DNA of 64,000 nucleotides from an uncultured Clostridia bacterium (GTDB lineage Bacteria; Bacillota; Clostridia; Christensenellales; UBA1242): NCBI GenBank assembly GCA_934772525.1, contig CAKVMI010000001.1, positions 182,613 to 246,612 of the forward strand, read 5' to 3'. Shown piece by piece: positions 55,909 to 64,000 of this stretch (position 1 is its first letter; each line of letters starts with the position of its first letter). The notes under the pieces were generated by a model. It saw only the letters and a program-made list of their open reading frames with translations, ran no database searches and was not told where the DNA came from. The position numbers and the translations under genes were made by a program.

Positions 55909-56400
55909 ATGGAAATAAAGAAACTTACTCGTGACGACCTAGGAGATGTCGTTTTGCTTTATAACAAGACTATGGAAACTCTCCCTAATAAATTTTGGTA
56001 CAAGGAAATGAAGGCAGAAGACTTTCAAAAACTAATTGCGGACGGGTGCTTATTTGGAGCGTTTTTGGATAGCGGTAAAATGGTTGCGGTGTCTGCATTA
56101 GAACTTGATGTACCAAATTATGTTGTATCTGATGAATTTATTTCTCCCGAACTAAAACTTGGAGAGATTGGATACTTTATGGTGGATGAAAAGTATAGGG
56201 GTCAGGGAATAATTAATAAAGTGAACCTAGAACTACTAAAAATTGCAAAAGGTGTTGGGTTTAATGCACTTTGTGCTGGAATTCATCCAAGTAATATTTC
56301 GGCTATTAAAGCGTTTTCAAAACTTGGAAAACTTGAATATGTCGGAAGTGACAGAATGGATAGAAGTTATCCATCCGTTGTTTTGGGTGTTAGAATATAG
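55909..56400 (+). CDS. GNAT-family N-acetyltransferase
   Basis: 163 aa. Acetyl-CoA motif A YRGQGIINKVNLELLKIAK. Confidence 0.75.
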   Translation: MEIKKLTRDDLGDVVLLYNKTMETLPNKFWYKEMKAEDFQKLIADGCLFGAFLDSGKMVAVSALELDVPNYVVSDEFISPELKLGEIGYFMVDEKYRGQGIINKVNLELLKIAKGVGFNALCAGIHPSNISAIKAFSKLGKLEYVGSDRMDRSYPSVVLGVRI

Positions 56401-56411
56401 GAGAAATTAAC

Positions 56412-57344
56412 TTGGTTAAAGAAGAGATAGAAAGATTTCGAAATACTACAAATTTTAGCGGTAGAGAGGTTACCGATTTTAATAAAGCGACGCTAAAACC
56501 TACATTTATAAAGTTAGGTATTGCAGTTTTTGCATTGTTTATGCTTATAGGTGTATATATGTTGGTTATTGGAAATGGCTGGGTGTATGCTTGTGTATTT
56601 TTTGCGTTTGGTGTAATTAGTGCGGTTATTATGCCATTTTTGTACAAAAGCGTGGTGAAAAGGTCGGCTAAGAAAAATGTAATGTGCTCAGCTTCTACTT
56701 ACCTAGATTATAAATTTACCGATGGCGGTTTTTATGTAAGGACGCTAAAAGGCGAGATTGAAGTTGCAAACCAGTCGGTAGATTATAGATGGATAGATAG
56801 AGTCGTGGAGTCGGGGCATTATCTATATATTTTCATCACGTCATCTATGTGCTACATTTTGGATAAATATGGGATGACAAGCGGTAAACCCGAACAACTA
56901 AAAGAATTTTTGGCTAGTAAAAATGTTAAAATTGTTTCTAAAAATAATTCTAAAGTTCAGCCAAGAAAAAGTGCTGAAAATAATAGTGAAAATGTAGATA
57001 GTAAACCTACTGGCGTTTTAGATGCTAAAGCCAAAGAAACTGAAACTAGTAAAACTAATACAAATAGTGAAAGCGGTGTATTGGGCTTAGTTGATGAAAA
57101 TACGCTAAGTGAAGGAAGTAATAACCAAAATAATATAAAAAGCGGTACTTTAGACAAAGGTACCGAAATTTTGGCAACTGAAAAGAAAACCGAAGACAAA
57201 AATAAAGATAATGAACTCCAGAATGCTAAAAGTAGTAAACCCGAAAGAAAAATAGAAAAACTGGTGATAAAAAAAGATACGCAAAATGAATTATCTAATG
57301 AAGAACAAAAAAGAAAAAATGCTCTTGATAAAATGACAAAATAA
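56412..57344 (+). CDS. YcxB-like membrane protein with K/E/N/S-rich low-complexity tail
   Basis: TTG start after GGAG. Two TM helices, then YKFTDGGFYVRT...HYLYIFITSSMCYILDKYGM. The C-terminal 130 aa are low-complexity. Confidence 0.5.
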   Translation: MVKEEIERFRNTTNFSGREVTDFNKATLKPTFIKLGIAVFALFMLIGVYMLVIGNGWVYACVFFAFGVISAVIMPFLYKSVVKRSAKKNVMCSASTYLDYKFTDGGFYVRTLKGEIEVANQSVDYRWIDRVVESGHYLYIFITSSMCYILDKYGMTSGKPEQLKEFLASKNVKIVSKNNSKVQPRKSAENNSENVDSKPTGVLDAKAKETETSKTNTNSESGVLGLVDENTLSEGSNNQNNIKSGTLDKGTEILATEKKTEDKNKDNELQNAKSSKPERKIEKLVIKKDTQNELSNEEQKRKNALDKMTK

Positions 57345-57377
57345 TTTATGTTTTAAAGTTATTAATTTGATAAAAAA

Positions 57378-57411
57378 AGAACCTAACTAAAAATGGTTAG
57401 ATTCTTTTTTC
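57378..57411 (+). terminator. rho-independent terminator
   Basis: AGAACCTAAC / GTTAGATTCT hairpin, then T6. Confidence 0.7.
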
Positions 57412-57516
57412 TTTTGGTAGTTTTTAAAGTGCTTGATTATATTTTTTATTTTTAAAAAAGGGTGAATTTTTGTTGATGTTAAGAAAATGGTAAACTATTA
57501 TTGTAGGAAATTATTA

Positions 57517-57710
57517 TTAGACTTTTACAATTTAACAATTAATTAAACTAATAATTTGGAAAACAATATTTAGATTTTACATTTGTAATAATTGATTAGA
57601 CTTGTGACTTAATAAACAATATTTAGACTTTAGCAATATGTAATTAATCAATTAAACTAATATTTTGGAAAATTATAGTTTAACTTTTGCGTTTTATAAT
57701 AATTAATTAA
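57517..57710 (+). repeat. four copies of an about 28-nt AT-rich motif spaced about 53 bp apart
   Basis: TTAGAyTTTnnCAnTnTnTAAyAATTrATT-like motif starting at 57517, 57570, 57623 and about 57679, plus a half copy at 57596. Confidence 0.6.
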
Positions 57711-57909
57711 AATATTAATATAATATATGTAGGGGCGTTTTTGTTTGACTTATTATGTGTAATTTTTTATACTTAACTTAGTAAAATTAGTACGCTAGAA
57801 TTGTATTTATTTAGTTATTTTATCATAACAAAAAGTTGTGTGAATTACTAATAAAAATCGAAATTTTTTACAAAAGTAAAACTTTACTAAAAAGTCTTGG
57901 GTGAACAAA

Positions 57910-60900
57910 ATGATGAAGTATTTTAAAAATACAAAAAAGATGGTTTTAGGTATTGTATGTGCAACGATTATAATGGTTGTTGGAGTTTTGTCAGCCATTT
58001 GTTTGGTGAACTTAAATAAGACCGATTTAGATTTAGAACCAACTAAAAATTCTAATGTTACCAGTGCTGATATTTTATACGATGACTACCTAAAGTTTGT
58101 ACTAAAAGACGCAAGAGTAGATGGTAATCATTATTTTTCGTTTAATCAATCAAGCAGTAGTGATAAAGAAAATTTAGGCATAAATGACGACCTTTATACA
58201 ATTAATTGTGACTATTTAACCATATCTGACACGGGTGACGTTGAATATGGTATGGATGGGCTTATTACCGATTTAATAAAAAATGGTACTTTTACCGAAA
58301 AGAATATTAGCCCAAGTAACTTTAAACTTCAAGTAGAAGACGGCTTTAATAGTGGAAATAAAAACACAAGTGCAGACTTTATAGCGTATAACAATAATTT
58401 AGGATATGAAAAATCTAAATTCGTAAAATTTCAGTTAGAACCAATTAAGGGAACTGATTTTGACGGCGACGACTGCAATATGTACTACATTTCAGAAATT
58501 GTAGTAAAGTATTATGACAATAATCTAAATAGAGAAGTTTCTTTGCAAACCATTAGTGGAAGTTGCTCTGAAGGCGTAATAAGTTATACGGGTAAAGACC
58601 TTGCAATACATAATGGCTTTTATGTATCTACCTACAATATGAATACCGAAAATATTTCGTACTTTTTTAAGTTTAGCGTAGATAAAGAAACGGGGCTTAT
58701 TAATTATATTATTACAACGGCAAATGGCGGAGAATTAAAGCACGACTTTATATTTGACGTTAGAGTGAGCCTTAGAGACAAAGTTCAAGATAGTAGCAAA
58801 AATAAATTGCAACTAACTAAAGACGGCGTGGATATTAAAGCAAATGATAACACCACAAACTTAAATGGCTCTATTTTGGATATATCTGATGGTGCATTCT
58901 TTAGCAGTGAAAGGTTAAGACTTATTAATAATCCAAGTAGAAATTCTAACAAATTAAACTGCTACACAACCGATGACCAACTAATAGTAAATCTTGTAAC
59001 GGGTAATGATTTAGCGTCTTTTAAAACCTTAAGTGAAGCACATATTGGGGCGTTTGTTACTGCAACTAATGGTACTAAGCAATACACCGAATGGTTTACA
59101 ATTTATGGTGGGGTGTATGGCGGACTACTAAGTGATAAGAGATTCTACTTTAATGAAACGATTACAGCAAGTCTTGTAAAGAAGGGCGTGCTTGAAAGAG
59201 CCAGTGAACAATTAGATGCTGCCCAAGAAGAAGGAAGCACCTACACAAATTACTACTACAAACTTGCAGATAAATATTCACTAAATGGCAACATTGTGGA
59301 AATAGAAAAGAACAAGTCTTACTTGCTATTAAATAGTTACAACAATTGCGTGTACATTGAGTATTCTGACTTTTTTGTAGAAAGCAACAAAGATTTAGTT
59401 GACCAACAAATTACCATTGGCTTTGATAGAGTATCTGACTATATTGACGGCGGTGTGGTAGTTGGTAAAAGATTTGAGTGCTTAGGGGCTTCTAACCAAT
59501 ACACAAAATTTGAAATGATTTTCTTTAATGACGGCAGAATTAGACTATATAAAACCGCACTTGAAAGCAGTATGTATATTAATTACACCACTCAAAATTT
59601 TTACGTGGTATCACTTATGTCTAAGCCATCGGGCTCTACTAGCAAGTCGCTTTCTGGAATTCCTTATGACAAGGTTTACATAAGAGTTACAAGTGGTGGT
59701 AGTAGTATAATTAACTACGACTTTGTAAGAAGTGCAGAAAGTAGTGCTAGCGGAAGAACGGATGCAAAGGTTGGAACATTCTTTGCTGGAGTTGGTAAAG
59801 ACGAATTTAAATTTAGTGCAAATATTGTGCTTGGTAAGAACTACTTATTTGACGAATCTAACGGACTAGATACAACCAAACTTCGTGAAGTAGAAGTAAA
59901 CATAGGTGGCGAAAATAAAAGACTAAAACTTCAATATGTAGAAAGTAACGCAACTATTGGAAATAGAGAATTTATAGGTAGGGTTAATAGTGATAACATC
60001 ACCGACTTTGTACTAAAAATAAATTTAAAACTTGTGGACTCTAAAGGTAACGAAACCGACTTTAATGTTCCAGGTACTACTATTACAACTAGCGGTATGC
60101 TTTGCGTTGGTAGTGTTGGTTCTCCAACAATTATTGGTAGCGGATTTAATAGTCAAACGGTAAACAATGGATATAAAGTTGTTAGAACTTTTTCGGTAGA
60201 AAAGCAAGCGGACGGAAATAGACCTTGGATAAAACTTAATTATTCGGCAACACTGCCATCGGGTTATGTTTTTGTTGGCGGAAGTTATAAATATACTTCT
60301 AACGAAGTAATAGATACTACAACCCATTTTGATAACTCTAGTTATGGAATTAATCAAGATGCTGTTGGTGTAAATTACTTAGGTATTGAAACGGACGAAA
60401 ATGGCGAGATAATTGTAAATGATTCCGTTTTGGAAATTACTCTTAAAGTTACTGGTATTAGTATAGAACTACCACTATATGTAGAATACGACTCTAATAT
60501 TTACGAAAACTATGATGAGTTTGCGGGGAAAATCATTAATCTTACGGGTGATGATGGTGCCATAAGATATAATTTAAGCGTTACCGACCGAGCAAGTTTA
60601 AAGATTGGTAAAAGCGGGAATGGACTATATAAACTTGTTGGTAATATAAAAATTCAAGTTGAAACGGTAAGCGTTTTAGGTATTAGCGTTAAAAGTGTTA
60701 GCGTGTATTTTAAAGAATTTGGTACGGCTAGTGAATATAAAAAACTTGACCTTGGTAATTCTCCCGAAAAAGACGGCTATGCATTTTTGGGTGTGTATAC
60801 AAGTTTAGAAGGACTTAGCGATGGTGCGGAAGCAGGTATTGCTCACTTTGGTAATACTAATCACGACGGACTACTTGCCGATAACTTAATTACATCATCG

Positions 60901-63900
60901 GGGCTAAGACTAGTACTAGATTCTAGCGGAAGACCTTCAAACTACGAACTATTTATAGACGGTCAATTCTTTAGTTATTCATCTTACACAAGACACTGCG
61001 AAGACTTTGAAAGAAAGAACCTTTGGGAAGAAAAGTTTAACCTATTATTCAAAAAGGTTACTGGCTCTAAGGTGCTTGGGCGAGTTTATGCGTCAAGTGA
61101 TGGTGTGGCTTCGGTTTATACGGGGTCGGAAGTAATTGGCGACGACGGAAGTTTGGTATATGGGTACGAGTTAAAGATTGATACTCTTCAAAAGGTTATG
61201 GCGTTTACTAAAGATAGTTATTACTTTGATAAAAATGGTTATTCTAGTATATACACCGGGGATGACCAGAAAAATGACTCTAGTTGGAAGGCTAGATATT
61301 GTTACACTCTAGCCAGTGCTAAAAATAACTATAGTTACAATAGTTCTAAGGATACTTCTGAAAAGAATATTGAACTTCTCTTGAAATATACAACGGACAC
61401 GGGAAAAGTTACTCAAAGATTTTTTAAGTACTCCGAACTTTCAACCGAAGAACTAAAGCAAGAATGGAGAAGGGTATTTAGCGAAAACTTTGTTGAAACT
61501 AAAAGTGCTATAAGCGAACCTGGCATATTATACGTAAGTGCGTCGGGCGAAACATCTTCAAGCTTTGAAAGTGGTAAATATTGCTACGTTATGAGAGATG
61601 AAGAATGTACTTGTGTGTACTTTAACAATATTGCAAATAGTGACTACTTGTACCTAAATAAATTGGATGCATTTATTAAAAATGGGCTTATTGATACAAC
61701 TAATTCGAGTTATGTTGTGGCATATGCTATGTTTGATGCTATTTGTAACGAAAAACAGATAATTTTTAAAGATTATAACTATGGCGATAGCACAGCAGAA
61801 GAATCTCCAGCCGAAATTAATATTGTTGCGGATGGATACATTTACACCGATACCGACTTTTTGGTAATTGAACATCTAATTTATGAACAACGTGTATATA
61901 AAATCGGCAATATGACTTCTATTACCGAAACGACAATCCCGTTTGAAGGTGGTAGAATTGAGTATAAGAGTTTCCCTGTAAATGCAAAAGATTACGCTCT
62001 AGAACTTTATCCTATAGCAAATCCAGAGTATATTGCAAAGGGTAAAAGAATTTATTATTTCACAACCAGTAAAGACGACTTTGACGCAAATAAACGTACG
62101 GCGAATTCTAGTTTTGTACTAGATAATGGTCAATCACGATACTTTATGGATGAAGATTATTTGACGGTTGATAGAAAGCGTGTACTAGATAAAGCCGTTT
62201 ATCACTTAGGAAGTTACTATAAAGACGGCAACAAAAACAGTACTTGGTATGTTGTGCCAACTAGCATAAAGTATGAATTTAGTATAGTTGGTGTGGATGC
62301 AGAAAGACGTGTTGACAGCGAAACGGTGAGTAGAGTAAATTATACAGACAAAGGAAACTATGAAGTAAAATATGTGGAAAATATTCCTTACGGAGTTTCG
62401 ATTTCGGACTTGGTTGGAAACTTCATTGAAAAGAGTATAACCGATAAACTAAGTGTTGGAAATTTCAAGGGCAATTTACTAGGCGTATTTGATAACGCAA
62501 GTATTGAAAGAGAAATTAAGGTACTAAAACTTAGGGGTTATGACCTTGTAGGGCTTATTCCATTTAGTTCGGAATATTTGAGTGAAAGCGTACTAGAAGA
62601 CACTGGTTTTGATACCGCAGTAACTGTAAATATAGAATTTTTGAGCCGTTACTTTGGGCTAACCGACGACGAAATTCAAGCACTTGAAAATAACTACTAT
62701 ACTAGAATGGGCGAAGACGCTGAATTAAACTTTAACCTTGTAATGGAAGCCGTTAGTAGACTTACCAAAACTGAATACTTTATATATGCTAAAAAGGTCG
62801 CTTCAATATTTGGGGTACATATAGATAAAGTTACGAATGCAATGTTTGTAGAATCATTTTTAAATGAAAATGCATTAAAGGGGCTTGGATATAATAAGGG
62901 AACAACCGAAGAAGGTGACCCAATTACGGTTGGAATGTACACTTATCACACCGAACTATTAAAAGGAATAATAGAACAACACGTATCGGATGACTTTTTG
63001 AAGGCTCAAAGATTTATTACAGTTGAAAACTTTGAAGAAAGTAATTTCAGTAATGTACTAGTGTTAAGACCAGATGGAGAAGGTAAGATTGCATGTGACT
63101 TTAATTATTGCAGAAATGTGGTATTTGTACCTATATTTACAACAAAGAATAGTAACTTGCAATATGACGGCGTTGGCAAGGCGTTACTAGATGGCGACTA
63201 CCTATTAAACGATGAAATGAACAATAGAGTAACTGGAAAATACGGGCAAAATGTAAAGTCTATCATTGACCCCGATACCGGTGAAACTCTAGGGTATACC
63301 TATGTAGATATTACCGACTTTTCGGTTAGTGCGGTAGGTTATAAAACGGGTAATATTGGTGATGGAACGCTAGATCCAGCATCAAGTCTAAACTCAATTT
63401 TAGGAAATATTATTGACCGATTAAAGCATTCAATTAGAATAAATAAACTAGTTAGAGTGGATGATATTTTGGCTATTAGTATTGTGCCAGAAATTATTCA
63501 AAATGGGTTCTATGCAAGTGGCATTAATCTTATTTGGAATAAAGGCACGATGTATGAAAGTTCTATAAGAATTATAAACTTTGATATGGCTGTAAATGGT
63601 GAACTTAGAACCTATGAGTATACAGCGTCACTGAATAGTGAGTTCTTTGAAATTGACGGAGATTATTATAAATTAAGGTCAGATTTAACCGAAGAGCAGA
63701 TGAATATATTTAACCAAATGGCGGGCTTTGTGTACGCTAGTTCAGAAGGTTACTTATATTGGGATATGCTAGAATCGGTAGATATTAGAGTGGAATATAC
63801 TCCATTTAAGTATAATGTTGGTTTTAGTGCGACAAGTGAAGATGATGAAATGGAAGAAAAGGATATTTCATCTATTGGAATGCTTGTAACTAACGACTTT

Positions 63901-63999
63901 AGTTCGGAAAACTTTGCGACGGGAGATTATCTAAACAGGGGTATAAAAATTGGGGACTTCATCAATTTAACCGACACTATTTATGGTGGAAGTAACGTC
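57910..63999 (+). CDS. giant membrane-anchored surface protein, 5' partial (over 2030 codons, continues right of window)
   Basis: I read the frame starting at ATG 57910 codon by codon to 63999 and found no stop. N-terminal TM MVLGIVCATIIMVVGVLSAICLV. Absent from the supplied track because it has no stop inside the window. Confidence 0.85.
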   Translation, partial: MMKYFKNTKKMVLGIVCATIIMVVGVLSAICLVNLNKTDLDLEPTKNSNVTSADILYDDYLKFVLKDARVDGNHYFSFNQSSSSDKENLGINDDLYTINCDYLTISDTGDVEYGMDGLITDLIKNGTFTEKNISPSNFKLQVEDGFNSGNKNTSADFIAYNNNLGYEKSKFVKFQLEPIKGTDFDGDDCNMYYISEIVVKYYDNNLNREVSLQTISGSCSEGVISYTGKDLAIHNGFYVSTYNMNTENISYFFKFSVDKETGLINYIITTANGGELKHDFIFDVRVSLRDKVQDSSKNKLQLTKDGVDIKANDNTTNLNGSILDISDGAFFSSERLRLINNPSRNSNKLNCYTTDDQLIVNLVTGNDLASFKTLSEAHIGAFVTATNGTKQYTEWFTIYGGVYGGLLSDKRFYFNETITASLVKKGVLERASEQLDAAQEEGSTYTNYYYKLADKYSLNGNIVEIEKNKSYLLLNSYNNCVYIEYSDFFVESNKDLVDQQITIGFDRVSDYIDGGVVVGKRFECLGASNQYTKFEMIFFNDGRIRLYKTALESSMYINYTTQNFYVVSLMSKPSGSTSKSLSGIPYDKVYIRVTSGGSSIINYDFVRSAESSASGRTDAKVGTFFAGVGKDEFKFSANIVLGKNYLFDESNGLDTTKLREVEVNIGGENKRLKLQYVESNATIGNREFIGRVNSDNITDFVLKINLKLVDSKGNETDFNVPGTTITTSGMLCVGSVGSPTIIGSGFNSQTVNNGYKVVRTFSVEKQADGNRPWIKLNYSATLPSGYVFVGGSYKYTSNEVIDTTTHFDNSSYGINQDAVGVNYLGIETDENGEIIVNDSVLEITLKVTGISIELPLYVEYDSNIYENYDEFAGKIINLTGDDGAIRYNLSVTDRASLKIGKSGNGLYKLVGNIKIQVETVSVLGISVKSVSVYFKEFGTASEYKKLDLGNSPEKDGYAFLGVYTSLEGLSDGAEAGIAHFGNTNHDGLLADNLITSSGLRLVLDSSGRPSNYELFIDGQFFSYSSYTRHCEDFERKNLWEEKFNLLFKKVTGSKVLGRVYASSDGVASVYTGSEVIGDDGSLVYGYELKIDTLQKVMAFTKDSYYFDKNGYSSIYTGDDQKNDSSWKARYCYTLASAKNNYSYNSSKDTSEKNIELLLKYTTDTGKVTQRFFKYSELSTEELKQEWRRVFSENFVETKSAISEPGILYVSASGETSSSFESGKYCYVMRDEECTCVYFNNIANSDYLYLNKLDAFIKNGLIDTTNSSYVVAYAMFDAICNEKQIIFKDYNYGDSTAEESPAEINIVADGYIYTDTDFLVIEHLIYEQRVYKIGNMTSITETTIPFEGGRIEYKSFPVNAKDYALELYPIANPEYIAKGKRIYYFTTSKDDFDANKRTANSSFVLDNGQSRYFMDEDYLTVDRKRVLDKAVYHLGSYYKDGNKNSTWYVVPTSIKYEFSIVGVDAERRVDSETVSRVNYTDKGNYEVKYVENIPYGVSISDLVGNFIEKSITDKLSVGNFKGNLLGVFDNASIEREIKVLKLRGYDLVGLIPFSSEYLSESVLEDTGFDTAVTVNIEFLSRYFGLTDDEIQALENNYYTRMGEDAELNFNLVMEAVSRLTKTEYFIYAKKVASIFGVHIDKVTNAMFVESFLNENALKGLGYNKGTTEEGDPITVGMYTYHTELLKGIIEQHVSDDFLKAQRFITVENFEESNFSNVLVLRPDGEGKIACDFNYCRNVVFVPIFTTKNSNLQYDGVGKALLDGDYLLNDEMNNRVTGKYGQNVKSIIDPDTGETLGYTYVDITDFSVSAVGYKTGNIGDGTLDPASSLNSILGNIIDRLKHSIRINKLVRVDDILAISIVPEIIQNGFYASGINLIWNKGTMYESSIRIINFDMAVNGELRTYEYTASLNSEFFEIDGDYYKLRSDLTEEQMNIFNQMAGFVYASSEGYLYWDMLESVDIRVEYTPFKYNVGFSATSEDDEMEEKDISSIGMLVTNDFSSENFATGDYLNRGIKIGDFINLTDTIYGGSNV

Positions 64000-64000
64000 T

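Overview
The window has two parts.

(1) About 1-24.66 kb is the late/structural arm of a tailed-phage genome, almost certainly an integrated prophage.
- It encodes small regulators, small and large terminase, portal, scaffold and capsid.
- Two tRNA-like genes are embedded in the module, followed by virion proteins.
- A fibre module holds three tail-collar paralogs plus a chaperone-like gene.
- Then come four membrane/coiled-coil proteins and a 2461-aa multi-domain ('polyvalent'-type) protein.
- The arm ends at a terminator about 65 bp from a minus-strand tRNA-Ser(GCU), a classical integration target.
- No integrase, lysis or replication genes are visible. They would lie left of the window.

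(2) About 24.8-64 kb is AT-rich bacterial chromosome, almost entirely co-oriented on the + strand. It uses the standard code (TGA is a stop). By gene content it looks like a low-GC Firmicutes/Mollicutes-type genome, which is inference only. In order it carries:
- an accessory islet with an HExxH protein and three mTERF-like helical-repeat proteins, two of which are a tandem duplicate differing in 108-bp repeat number;
- Rrf2-NifS-NifU;
- a Cys-rich protein of unknown function;
- a WG-repeat lipoprotein;
- an Fe-alcohol dehydrogenase;
- three BspA-type LRR surface proteins with near-identical promoters;
- an ABC-2 exporter;
- a degenerate FtsK-like domain protein next to a WYL regulator;
- a repeat-filled 0.65-kb spacer;
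- a membrane-tethered XRE regulator, the only minus-strand CDS;
- an acyl-ACP thioesterase;
- a dNMP-kinase-like P-loop protein;
- two YcxB-like proteins;
- an orphan GyrA/ParC-family subunit;
- a GNAT;
- an ORF of more than 2030 codons (57910 to the window end) that the supplied ORF track does not list.

I recognised no rRNA, CRISPR array, transposase or integrase. All family assignments come from motifs read by eye and need profile searches.
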